Assembly (NCBI GenBank): GCA_965207945.1
Contig: OZ242303.1
Location: 1,161,048 to 1,225,047, forward strand
DNA length: 64,000 nucleotides
DNA from: Gammaproteobacteria bacterium
GTDB lineage: Bacteria; Pseudomonadota; Gammaproteobacteria; CBDBNL01; JAAOII01
Reading direction: 5' to 3'
How positions within the stretch are numbered: the stretch's first letter is position 1; every line of letters starts with the position of its first letter. Position numbers and translations under genes: made by a program. This document shows, one piece after another, positions 9,794-19,644 of this stretch. A model generated the notes under the pieces. That model did not search any database, had not been told where the DNA came from, and saw nothing but the letters and a program-made list of their open reading frames with translations.

Positions 9794-9893
9794 GCAAGCA
9801 TGGTTATGGTTTATCGCGAGGGTTATACATTTTGCGGGCGGAGCAAGGGGGGAAGAATAAAAGCCCTCCGCCCCTACAGACCTGCGTCGCGAG
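9794..9893. repeat. Composite GC-rich REP-like intergenic element, copy A
   Basis: About 100 nt shared with 27495-27605 (gc[a/g]agcatggttatggttt..gcgag.gtta.a.attttgcgggcggagcaagggggg..cctccgcccctacagacc). Core inverted repeat is GGGCGGAG (9836-9843) / CTCCGCCC (9866-9873). On the reverse strand the palindrome is headed by GTAG. Confidence 0.7.
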
Positions 9894-9896
9894 AAT

Positions 9897-12800
9897 CTAG
9901 GGAAAATTTGGAGTGCAGGTTAAAGTGGGATATTGTGTAGCGCTGCCAAGTTGCCAGGCACGATTAGCTGGAATTGCCAATGGAGAATTGCTATCGGTGG
10001 TATAGTCGCCACTATTTGTATCACACCAGATATTACCCCAAGCAGCATAAATGCCTGCAAAATTAGTTTGCCCTTGCAACTCATAAGTGGCTTTTGCCTC
10101 TCCATCACTTGTGGGGTTTGCTTCAAACCGAGTAGCTATGCCTATAGTGGTATTATCCCAATAAGAGTTTATAAATGTAATATTATTTACATCATTGGTG
10201 AAAGGATTAAAATCATCAAGTTTAGCAATTAATCCCCCAGCAATCAGCCCCTCAGTAACCAGACCCCCAGCAATCATACCCCCCTTGCCATTCCTATCTC
10301 CACTCCCGTTTATCATAGTAACAGCCGCATAAGATGAGGAGACGTGAGCGCCTTCACCCCAAGCAGCTAATCCACCAATAGCCCCATCAGCGACTTTAAG
10401 TAAACTATTAACCACATAAGATGAAGTAATATTAGAAAATCTTACATCGCCAACCAAACCTCCGACTGCATGGTCTCCTGCAATTGAATTCCCTTCCGCA
10501 TAAGATAAGGCAATATTAGAATATTTTGCACTACCAGCTAAACCGCCCATTACAATACTTCCCATCATTGAAACATTGCTTGCAAAAGATCGCGTTATCT
10601 TTCCATTTTTTCCATCGCCCAAAATTCCTCCTAAATAGGACTCGCCGCCCACTAAAATATCATCCGCATAAGATGATTCAACAACGAGATAATTAGAATA
10701 ACCAATCAAACTCCCCACATTTTGAAATCCTAAAATCTTTGAGTTGCTCGCAGAAATATTTATCATAGCAACTCCGCCTGTGTAATTACCAAAAGTATAG
10801 CCCGCCAATAATCCAACTCCGTGTCCATAGGATGAAATACTGCCACCGTCAAAATTAATATTACGAAAAACCGCAGGTGGACGAGCAGACGCGAATAAGC
10901 CAATCCCATAAGATTCTGCATAATCAGGTCTTTCCTCATAGTCCCAGTCCGAATTGGCAATAGTCAAATTGCTAATAATCCAACCATTACCTTCAAAAAT
11001 TAAATTGAATGACTGCGAACAAATTGCTTCGTCAACACAGGAACCAATCGGTTGCCAATCATAACCGTCCAAGGATATATCCGCAACCAACTCATATCCT
11101 TGACAAGCAGACGTATTAATAGCATCAGTGTTAACATCATTAATAGCAGTGGTCGCGCCACAACCACGTCTTCCACTAAGCACATTTACTAAATTACTAA
11201 CAGAATTATCTGAACCTACATCCTCAAAATCATTGTGGATTTGTTCTAATTCATTGGCAGTCCCAATCTCAATTAGTCCGTTACCATCATCATCTTCATC
11301 TTCATCAAAATCACGACAGCCGTCCCCATCCTCATCGGATAATTCATTGGAGTTCCAATTAACCGCAACATTCAATCTGTCTATATTGCAAGCATCAGCG
11401 CTATCAATTATTCCATCACCATCTTCATCAGAATCAAGCAAATTAATTTCTCCGTCCCCATCTGAATCTAAATAATAAAATAAATATCTTGGAATGCCTG
11501 GGCGCACAACTACCGAAAACTTAAAGTCATAACTCGCTTCACCATCAAGCAACGCGCGTATTTCTAAATTATGGGTGCCTATATCATATACACTGGCATC
11601 TCTTGCCATACTAATAAGTCCGCTACGCTCATCAATAACAAATAAATCATTAGTGCTGCGCTCACCAAATTGATTAACTGATTGACTCGCTATAAGATAA
11701 CTAAACGGCTGATAACTTGAGAACCGTGAAAACTGATTATATGCGACAATAATTTTGCCAACATCTGTCCCCGCAACTCCTTCTGACAAGTAAAGCGCTG
11801 TTGAGCATTCTCCTCTGAACAGCGACTCACTATTATAGGAGCGGTTTTCAGCAAGAATAGATATATTGCCAGTTCGTCTTTCGCCGACACATGCAGCACT
11901 CGGTAAAATATTACTACCGTTCGCATCACGGGCTACAAGTTGCGGGTAATCTTCAGCATGTTCAAGATCCCAACCAACAACATTACCGCCCTCAACAGCA
12001 ACATGTTCCCAACTGGAAGATGGAAACACATCAGCACAATCTAAAGATTTTGCGCTACCCCTTAACCGCTTGCCGTTTAGTCCGCATCCTTTTAATTGCT
12101 TACTAAATAGCCCTCGTCTAAATGGCAGGGCAGCGCTATAATTCCGTTTGCTTGTTCGCTTATCCCAATATGAAGTTGAAGAAATAACATGAATACTACG
12201 TCCAACTAATCCTCCAGTAGTTTCTATTCTTATGGGCTTACCGCGCCCACGAGCATTAGATCTTTTTCTAATCTTCACCTCTCCTACAGAATATGTTGCA
12301 TGAATATCTTGGCGAGAATTATACAACCCAATCAAACCGCCAACATTCTCTGCACCAGTTACATTGCCACTTGAAAAAGAACGGGCAACATATCCTTTAG
12401 CAGAACCTACTAATCCTCCTATAGATAATTCACCTTCAACATTGCCAGTAGAGTATGATGCCGTTATGCTACCTTTACTATTACCAGCCAAGCCACCAAC
12501 TTCTTGTGATGCTACAACTTCGGCGCTGCCATAAGAGCTTAATATACTGCCTCTATTTTCCCCCGCTAAGCCACCGACTTGAGTAGAAGCCACAACCTGC
12601 CCTACAGCATAAGAGGATGTGATAGATGCATCTTTGTAATTTACGCCAACTAAACCTCCTGTTTTATCAGAACCAACAACATAGTTAGCAGCATGAGAAC
12701 CGGTGATTTCTTGAAAGTTAGCTCCAACCAAACCGCCAACATCCTCAGCACCGCTAACCATACCAGAAGCATAAGAATTAATTATCTCTCCTAAATTAAC

Positions 12801-13709
12801 ACCTGTCAAACCGCCAACATCATTGCCGCCTGCAACCATGCCGTTAACAAAAGAATTATCTATCCTGCCTTGATTATTTGCAACCAAGCCACCTATCTCG
12901 CTGCCATTCTCAGCGCTGATATTAAGTAAGGTTAGACCAATAGATGTAATTGAGGCGCCTGGCGCTAAGGCACCAAATAGAGCAATGCCACTCTTACGCG
13001 GATAGCTCATAACCAACCCTGTAATCAAAAAAGAATTGCCGTTAAAATTTCCTGTAAAAGGTTGTGTAGTATTACTCTCGCATAAGTGCCTCTCTGCTTC
13101 CTCTCTCCCTGCACCTAACCCACAAGAACCAATAGGAATAAAGCCAATATAGAAATCTGGCAAGGGTTGATTACTCGCATCAAGCAAATCATCAGCAGTG
13201 CTGCTTGGTAAACGTAGCCATTTAGCGCTGATAGACGCATCTAAATCATTACTTAATGCATAAGATTTACTGAGTTGCTCCTCCCAACTCTCTCCATAAA
13301 GCCAGTTATTGGAAGTATATAGTGACTTATTAAGCGCAATGCCCTGATGGTCAAAACCAGCCAATGCCTGCAGCTGATAAATATTACGAATCATATAAGG
13401 ATTTGCTTCGCTGCCGCTACCACTGGCGACTAAATTAGAATCACCATAAGCAAAGTCATAAGCATTGATAACCCCATCTCCATCCGAATCAATTACTATG
13501 CTATCGGCAACGTAAGCCAATGAATCAACAGTTCCTGGAGAACGTTCTTCAGTGCCGCTAACTTTGTTGTTTTCACTGTTTCCGCTACAACCAACTAATA
13601 GCATCGCAAAAGAATATATTAAACCTATAGCTATTCTTGAAAATAGCCGATTGTTGATAAGCGTGCTTTTAAGCCCACTTTTATGAACCCCTCCTTTATG
13701 AACCCCCAT
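9897..13709 (-). CDS. Giant surface lipoprotein with TSP3-like Ca-binding motifs, two GLUG-repeat arrays and a cadherin-like domain
   Basis: 1270 aa. It has a lipobox (LLVGCSG), DSDGDG.IN.YD and DSDEDGDG/DEDGDG motifs, and dozens of (V/I)GGL(V/A/I)G repeats about every 20 aa (GLUG-type). The central segment F.IDE.SG.I...YD.G.H.LEI is cadherin-like. Confidence 0.8.
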   Translation of the reverse strand: MGVHKGGVHKSGLKSTLINNRLFSRIAIGLIYSFAMLLVGCSGNSENNKVSGTEERSPGTVDSLAYVADSIVIDSDGDGVINAYDFAYGDSNLVASGSGSEANPYMIRNIYQLQALAGFDHQGIALNKSLYTSNNWLYGESWEEQLSKSYALSNDLDASISAKWLRLPSSTADDLLDASNQPLPDFYIGFIPIGSCGLGAGREEAERHLCESNTTQPFTGNFNGNSFLITGLVMSYPRKSGIALFGALAPGASITSIGLTLLNISAENGSEIGGLVANNQGRIDNSFVNGMVAGGNDVGGLTGVNLGEIINSYASGMVSGAEDVGGLVGANFQEITGSHAANYVVGSDKTGGLVGVNYKDASITSSYAVGQVVASTQVGGLAGENRGSILSSYGSAEVVASQEVGGLAGNSKGSITASYSTGNVEGELSIGGLVGSAKGYVARSFSSGNVTGAENVGGLIGLYNSRQDIHATYSVGEVKIRKRSNARGRGKPIRIETTGGLVGRSIHVISSTSYWDKRTSKRNYSAALPFRRGLFSKQLKGCGLNGKRLRGSAKSLDCADVFPSSSWEHVAVEGGNVVGWDLEHAEDYPQLVARDANGSNILPSAACVGERRTGNISILAENRSYNSESLFRGECSTALYLSEGVAGTDVGKIIVAYNQFSRFSSYQPFSYLIASQSVNQFGERSTNDLFVIDERSGLISMARDASVYDIGTHNLEIRALLDGEASYDFKFSVVVRPGIPRYLFYYLDSDGDGEINLLDSDEDGDGIIDSADACNIDRLNVAVNWNSNELSDEDGDGCRDFDEDEDDDGNGLIEIGTANELEQIHNDFEDVGSDNSVSNLVNVLSGRRGCGATTAINDVNTDAINTSACQGYELVADISLDGYDWQPIGSCVDEAICSQSFNLIFEGNGWIISNLTIANSDWDYEERPDYAESYGIGLFASARPPAVFRNINFDGGSISSYGHGVGLLAGYTFGNYTGGVAMINISASNSKILGFQNVGSLIGYSNYLVVESSYADDILVGGESYLGGILGDGKNGKITRSFASNVSMMGSIVMGGLAGSAKYSNIALSYAEGNSIAGDHAVGGLVGDVRFSNITSSYVVNSLLKVADGAIGGLAAWGEGAHVSSSYAAVTMINGSGDRNGKGGMIAGGLVTEGLIAGGLIAKLDDFNPFTNDVNNITFINSYWDNTTIGIATRFEANPTSDGEAKATYELQGQTNFAGIYAAWGNIWCDTNSGDYTTDSNSPLAIPANRAWQLGSATQYPTLTCTPNFP

Positions 13710-13820
13710 TATGTAATATTAACTCCCCTAATTAATTAAACTTATCCCTATTATAACACAAAACTCTCAATTTACAACTTGTTTATAAATCCATTTATAA
13801 AGCATAGTATAATTCTATAA

Positions 13821-16679
13821 ATGGATATTCAGTTTAAAAGCTTAGTCAATACTTTCATGGGAATTACTCCTGACCCTTTATTTTTATTGATGGCGGCGGG
13901 TTTTCTTGGGGTGATAATGGCGTTTCTAATACCGGTTAGTATTGAAATCATATCTAAAGTATCTGCCAAATATAATTCAGATGTCATAGTTCGCTTATTT
14001 CAGAATAATATCATAAGCAAATTCTTCCCTTATTTTGTTCTAATGAATATCGCGGCAATGTTAGTGGTGCGTTTTTTTTATGGCGGAGAGTTCTACGACT
14101 CACAATTAGGCAAAGTCATAATGTGGCTGCTCTTAATATTTTCTGTTATCATAACCGCTCTGATTGGTTACCTCATCTACAGAATGGAAAAGATAATCAG
14201 CGATGACTCGGTTCCTCTTAATATGTTAATTCATCAGGTGGAGAAGTCGTTAAAATACAGAGCAAATTTAAAAAAGAAAAGAGTCATAACTCAATCCATA
14301 GAAGGAATTGGTGACATACTCTTTTATCAAACGCGAAGGCAGAATAATGTCCTAGTTACAAAAGGATTACAAACACTTGAAGATACCATTACCCGCCTAT
14401 TGCAACTTAAAAATAATAACCCCGATAAATTTTCTCAGCTAGTTTATAGCGAAGAGTTTGTTAACTATAGCGCCGAAAATGCCAGTCAGCCCGAAGCAAT
14501 TGCTTTATTTTGTTTAGCTAACCCCGATGAGCATCTGGCAGGAATTTCCTACCCGCTTAATCAGATTGAACGCGCCTATCTATCTGCTGTTAGCAATAAC
14601 AATCGCCAAATTGCTTACACTGCCCTAAAGCATATAACCAAAATAATGCACCAAACAGCAACTTCCCCCGATAACGACATAATATTAGAATTATTTGTAA
14701 AGAAGCTAAGCAACTGCATTCAAACCGCAATACAAAAAAATGACGGCAGCTCCAGCATGGCTGCCAGTTGGTTTATAGAAAGCGTATTCAAAGAGCCACA
14801 TAGTGGCAACGGGTCTTTTCATATTCCTTATCTGGACATATATGACCGCTATTTCTTAAAAAATATGCAATATATCATTAATGAAGACAAGGATGATAAT
14901 TTCAGAGAAGTAATCACATATATGGCAAAACATTTTGATTATCCCGATTATCAAAGGGAGAAGCTATGGGGCTATCATTATCTATTGCGTGCCGCAGATT
15001 TTGAAAAATACTTAGTTATTAATCGCGAACACCGAGTGCAACGTAAAGTCCGCACTCTCATTGAAGCAGAAAACCAGATGTATACTACAGCACAGCTTAA
15101 GTCCTGGCTGGAATACTTTGATAACCTTAAAAAGATTATCACACCGCATCTACAAGATAGCACTAGCAAGAAAAAGGCAAGTGAGCTGGAAGAAATAATC
15201 AGAGATAATGCCATTAAACATCTCAAATATACTCGCCTCATACGACTCACTTATGCAATCAGCACGCTGTGTGAGATAAAAGATAACCACTCCTATATAA
15301 GATATATGTGGGAAACAGTCCAAGAGAATATTGGCGAGGAGACAGGCCTAACCATGATACCTCAAACTCTTCAAGCTGTTATGAATGATTATCTTATTTT
15401 CCACGATATAAGCGAAAGGCACAGAGTTCCGCGCAACAACTACAGACGCTATATCTGTATGTTAATATCACACCTTATGAACTCCTCAGCAAGAAAGAGT
15501 TTTTATCTGCCACAGATGTACCCTGAATATTTACAAAACTGGGTAGATGGAATCGCAGGATTAATCACAACTGTAGAGAGCATAGAAATAAGCGCTGAAG
15601 AGGAATCTATCCGAACTGGCAAGAAAAGAGATAAAAAAGAAATTAGCGCCACCAAAGAATCTTATGATTTTCTTAACACAGTCCAAGGCAATATCAACAA
15701 ATTGATGGCAAGTACGCAGCGGCGAGCAACTCTGAGTCCCCAAATTAAAGAAAACTTTCAAAAATCTTTCTTGGAAAGTTTTAACTCACGCCGAGTAATA
15801 AAAGATATATTTGATAAATACTTAGGATTATACGAAAACCAAACTCGTACTAAGTATAAAAAATTATCTCATCGCCCTTGGGGCATTACTGAGCTAGTGA
15901 CCAAGTCCACATTAATAGAACAACAAGATAGCAGCAAAAGAAGCGGCTATCAGTATGGGCAGTCACTGGCGGATACGGAAAATATGACTCTATTTGATAA
16001 TATAATGAAACACTGTAAACTGCGGCGTCAACATAGATTTGAACAAGTTCTTCGCGGAGCAGGAGAACCCCAAGACCTCATTATTATCAGTTCTTATGCA
16101 GGAGTAGATAAATTTCTTAATCAGCAGGATAGGTTTCATGCTGCCAGATATATTCCAAGTGAAATCCAAGCAACGGCTACCCCTAAAGGAAATGTTGCGG
16201 ACGTTAAACATCCCAAACATGAAGGAGAAGACCTATCTCGGATTAGTGGCTTTCTCGGATATTATGATATAGGCAAGTTCCCAATCCCAGTATTTAATTT
16301 TTATTATCGTGGCAGTGACAATTATCTTTTGGTGCTGCATAAAAAACACATCGGCAAGCTGGTACAGATGCCTTTGGCGGAGAGCCCAACTAAAGAAAAG
16401 AGAACTATAAAATTAACCGCAGGAATAATGAAATTTAGTTTAGACGAGCTGTCCAAAAGCCGCAAATTAATGAAAGGATATATAGATAACTCTCCCCCAT
16501 GGCTTAAAAATATTGGAGATGCCGAGCAACAAAAAGAATACCTGATGGAGAGGGTACTTATAACTGCACTGGAAAACCTAACATTTATAAAGCCAGACAA
16601 ATCTCCATTTATTGGTTATAAAATTAGTGTCATAGAGAACAACGAATTCCAAGATGCCCCAGTGGACGGACTAGTGTAG
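13821..16679 (+). CDS. Hypothetical 952-aa membrane-anchored protein (3 N-terminal hydrophobic helices plus a large Lys/Glu-rich helical soluble region)
   Basis: Long uninterrupted ORF. N-terminal hydrophobic segments (LFLLMAAGFLGVIMAFLIPV, FFPYFVLMNIAAMLVVRFF, VIMWLLLIFSVIITALIGYLIY). I recognise no catalytic motif. Confidence 0.6.
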   Translation: MDIQFKSLVNTFMGITPDPLFLLMAAGFLGVIMAFLIPVSIEIISKVSAKYNSDVIVRLFQNNIISKFFPYFVLMNIAAMLVVRFFYGGEFYDSQLGKVIMWLLLIFSVIITALIGYLIYRMEKIISDDSVPLNMLIHQVEKSLKYRANLKKKRVITQSIEGIGDILFYQTRRQNNVLVTKGLQTLEDTITRLLQLKNNNPDKFSQLVYSEEFVNYSAENASQPEAIALFCLANPDEHLAGISYPLNQIERAYLSAVSNNNRQIAYTALKHITKIMHQTATSPDNDIILELFVKKLSNCIQTAIQKNDGSSSMAASWFIESVFKEPHSGNGSFHIPYLDIYDRYFLKNMQYIINEDKDDNFREVITYMAKHFDYPDYQREKLWGYHYLLRAADFEKYLVINREHRVQRKVRTLIEAENQMYTTAQLKSWLEYFDNLKKIITPHLQDSTSKKKASELEEIIRDNAIKHLKYTRLIRLTYAISTLCEIKDNHSYIRYMWETVQENIGEETGLTMIPQTLQAVMNDYLIFHDISERHRVPRNNYRRYICMLISHLMNSSARKSFYLPQMYPEYLQNWVDGIAGLITTVESIEISAEEESIRTGKKRDKKEISATKESYDFLNTVQGNINKLMASTQRRATLSPQIKENFQKSFLESFNSRRVIKDIFDKYLGLYENQTRTKYKKLSHRPWGITELVTKSTLIEQQDSSKRSGYQYGQSLADTENMTLFDNIMKHCKLRRQHRFEQVLRGAGEPQDLIIISSYAGVDKFLNQQDRFHAARYIPSEIQATATPKGNVADVKHPKHEGEDLSRISGFLGYYDIGKFPIPVFNFYYRGSDNYLLVLHKKHIGKLVQMPLAESPTKEKRTIKLTAGIMKFSLDELSKSRKLMKGYIDNSPPWLKNIGDAEQQKEYLMERVLITALENLTFIKPDKSPFIGYKISVIENNEFQDAPVDGLV

Positions 16680-16730
16680 TTGTTAGAAGCGCTCATTACA
16701 CTTATATAAGCATAATAGCTGAGTGATGAA

Positions 16731-17933
16731 CTACGTTTGATAATATTCCTCTAATACTTTCAATACCTCAGGGCGGCTAAAATGAGGAGGCACATCCTCT
16801 CCCTCACTTAATATCCTTCTTAACTCGGTGCCAGACAACATCAAACGATGCTTGCTATCATGCGGACAGGTGCGGGTTGATGCCATACCCTCACATTTAT
16901 TACACCAAAATGTCCAATCCATTTTAAGTGCCTGTATTTGCAGAGCATCTTGAGGAATCTCATCAAAAATATCCTGCGCATCAAAAGCTCCATAGTAGCT
17001 GCAAACTCCTGCGTGGTCGCGTCCAACTATCAATTGTGAGCAGCCATAATTCTGTCTAAACAAAGCATGCAACAATGCTTCACGCGGACCAGCATAGCGC
17101 ATATCTAATGGATAGCCACAATTCATAATGCTATCCTTAACATAATAATTCTCTATCAAAGCATCAATTGCTTTAATTCTAATTTCTGCTGGCACGTCTC
17201 CTTTTTTAAGATTGCCAAGTAATGAATGTATCAACACCCCATCAGACGTCTCTAAAGCAATTTTCACCAAATGCTCATGAGCCCGATGCATCGGGTTTCG
17301 AGTTTGAAAAGCGGTAACCTTGCTCCATCCTTTGGTTACAAATTGCTCCCTGGTCTCACTTGGAGTTAAATATACATCGGGAAATTTATCTGCCAAATCG
17401 CCTTTGGTGAACACCTTAACTGCCCCTGCTAAATATATATCTCCATGCTGGCAAAGATTAGCAACTCCAGGGTGCTCCTTATCCTCAGTAGAAAATACAT
17501 TCTTTGCCTCAAAGGATTTATCCGCAGGATACTTCTCTTCAAGTTTCATTACGCCCAACACATTTCCTGTCTGCCCACACAGCTGGACATCCTCTCCTAT
17601 CCTTAGTTGTTGCGCTTTATCGTTATTGATTGCCAGGGTAATAGGAATAGGCCAAAACATCCCATCAGCAGTTTGCATGTCGCGACATACTCCTTGCCAA
17701 TCTTCATAGCCCATAAAGCCGTTAAGTGGAGAAAATCCTCCAATACCCATCATCAGCAAATCGCCAACTTCACGCGGGCTTAGAATAATTTGCGCTAAAT
17801 CCTTCCTGTGTTGCCATTCCTCCGTCTCTTCTAACGAGGCAAGCAGCGGGTTGAGTTCTCCATGATAAGGAGAAATAAGCGTCCCTTTATTTGCATCTGC
17901 ATCTGCATCTGCAGAAAATTTCGTTTGTTGCAT
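16731..17933 (-). CDS. sat: Sulfate adenylyltransferase (ATP sulfurylase), homo-oligomeric Sat type
   Basis: 400 aa with [11 protein letters not shown] and GRDHAG motifs and a C-terminal Cys/His cluster (C..C...C.H). Confidence 0.9.
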   Translation of the reverse strand: MQQTKFSADADADANKGTLISPYHGELNPLLASLEETEEWQHRKDLAQIILSPREVGDLLMMGIGGFSPLNGFMGYEDWQGVCRDMQTADGMFWPIPITLAINNDKAQQLRIGEDVQLCGQTGNVLGVMKLEEKYPADKSFEAKNVFSTEDKEHPGVANLCQHGDIYLAGAVKVFTKGDLADKFPDVYLTPSETREQFVTKGWSKVTAFQTRNPMHRAHEHLVKIALETSDGVLIHSLLGNLKKGDVPAEIRIKAIDALIENYYVKDSIMNCGYPLDMRYAGPREALLHALFRQNYGCSQLIVGRDHAGVCSYYGAFDAQDIFDEIPQDALQIQALKMDWTFWCNKCEGMASTRTCPHDSKHRLMLSGTELRRILSEGEDVPPHFSRPEVLKVLEEYYQT

Positions 17934-18004
17934 ATCTTAATTATAAATAGAAAGTCATAAAAATAGTTATAAGGTTCAACTAACGCATAGTAAAATAGTA
18001 TCCA

Positions 18005-18886
18005 ATGACTAAAGAAATAAAAGCCCTATTATTAGGCCTGCTAGCGATAACATGTTTTGCCCTCACTCTCCCATTCACCAGCCATGCGGTTAAGTTATTA
18101 GATCCCATCTTTATTAGTGGCGCCCGTGTCGTTATTGCCGCAGCAATCTCCATTGTAATTTTAATCATTGCGCGGCAAAAATTTCCAGCACGACGTCATA
18201 TAAAGTATCTCTTTATTGGCGGTTTCTGTGTAACAGTGGCTTTTCCTTTGTTAATCGCGATTGCTATGCAGGACTTACCCGCATCTCATGGCGGAGTTGT
18301 TCTTGGCACCCTGCCCTTAGCAACTATGATGGCTGGCAGATTGCTTACTAACGAAAGACCCTCTATTGCCTTCTGGCTGACAGCGATATTCGGCAGCTTA
18401 TTGGTAGTGGTTTACTCTTTACTACAAGGTAGCGGAGAACTTCACTTAGCAGATTTAGCCCTAATAATTGCCGTAATAGGGTTAGCGCTTGGCTATGCTT
18501 TGGGGGCGGTTGTATCCAAAGAGATTAATGGTTCTTATGTAATATGTTGGATGATTATTTTTTCTTTGCCCTGGGGGCTGCCAATGACGTTCATGTACAT
18601 ACCCCCCAACTTGCTTGATATTCCTTTAGCTACATGGGGTTCGGTTGCCTATCTGGCTTGCTTTAGCCAGCTTTTCTCCTTTTTCTTTTGGTATAACAGT
18701 TTGGCGATGGGAGGCATATCGCGTATCAGTCAGCTGCAATTATTACAACCATTCATTACCATTGGCGTCGCTATTCCTTTGTTGAATGAATACCCCGATG
18801 GGCTCACCATAGTGTTTGCGTTGGCGGTAGTGTTAACAGTTGCGATAAACCGTTACACCAATGTCAGTCAGTCGGTGACCAATTAA
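18005..18886 (+). CDS. EamA/DMT-family transporter
   Basis: 293 aa with about 10 hydrophobic segments. Confidence 0.7.
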   Translation: MTKEIKALLLGLLAITCFALTLPFTSHAVKLLDPIFISGARVVIAAAISIVILIIARQKFPARRHIKYLFIGGFCVTVAFPLLIAIAMQDLPASHGGVVLGTLPLATMMAGRLLTNERPSIAFWLTAIFGSLLVVVYSLLQGSGELHLADLALIIAVIGLALGYALGAVVSKEINGSYVICWMIIFSLPWGLPMTFMYIPPNLLDIPLATWGSVAYLACFSQLFSFFFWYNSLAMGGISRISQLQLLQPFITIGVAIPLLNEYPDGLTIVFALAVVLTVAINRYTNVSQSVTN

Positions 18887-18948
18887 ATAACTATAACTCC
18901 AAACTCAAAGTTATATATACACCTATATGCAGCTAGATGATTTTGGGA

Positions 18949-19644
18949 TTACGCACTCTTGCAAGCATTTATGAAGGAGAGCATCTTTTCTTTACTTTTT
19001 ACTCCTGGCGCATCTTCCACCCCACTGCTTACATCAACTCCTTGAGGATTTACTTGCTTAATTAAAGTTGCAACATTTTGTGAATTAAGCCCTCCAGCTA
19101 TAATCAAAGGTCTATCCAGGTCGTGTGGAATTAATCCCCAGTTAAATTCCTTACCACTGCCGCCAAAATTGCCTTCCAAACTTCCATCCAAGCTTCCTTC
19201 ACAGCTGTCTAACATAATAAAATCTGCGGAAGAATAATTAGCTATTTGTTGGGCAAGTAAATTAGTAATGCTTGGGATATCATCGCTAGTAGCAGGTACC
19301 CGCAGTGCTTTAATATAGGGCACAGCAAAAGAAGAGCAGAAATCTTCATCTTCCTCACCATGAAATTGCAATATATTCGGTTGCAGTTGCTCAATTATTT
19401 GCTCCACTTCAGTCATCTCAGGATTAACCATAACTGCCACAGCCAGCACATTCGCAGGAAGCATCTTTCTAAGTTGAATAGCATGAGATAAATTTATATG
19501 CCGTTTACTACCAGCAAACATCATAAAACCTATAGCACTTGCCCCTGCTTGCACGGCATTTTGTAAATCATTTTGATTACAAATCCCGCATATTTTTATG
19601 ATTAACTGCGTATCCCTATTCCTTTTTCCAGTAGATACCAACAT
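18949..19644 (-). CDS. trpF: Phosphoribosylanthranilate isomerase
   Basis: IKICGI...AGASAIGFMMF..SKR and GGL.. motifs of PRAI. Carries an internal GSLDGSLEG duplication. The 5' end overlaps the upstream permease by 43 nt. Confidence 0.8.
   Translation of the reverse strand: MLVSTGKRNRDTQLIIKICGICNQNDLQNAVQAGASAIGFMMFAGSKRHINLSHAIQLRKMLPANVLAVAVMVNPEMTEVEQIIEQLQPNILQFHGEEDEDFCSSFAVPYIKALRVPATSDDIPSITNLLAQQIANYSSADFIMLDSCEGSLDGSLEGNFGGSGKEFNWGLIPHDLDRPLIIAGGLNSQNVATLIKQVNPQGVDVSSGVEDAPGVKSKEKMLSFINACKSA

Noticed and set aside
11128-11475. 115-aa plus-strand Ser/Pro-rich ORF, and other 60-115 aa ORFs antisense to the GLUG genes, metK, fba, acnA, carB and others
   Set aside because: They are fully embedded antisense to long, motif-supported genes. 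Their low-complexity composition mirrors the acidic TSP3 repeats on the other strand, and there are no independent coding signals.
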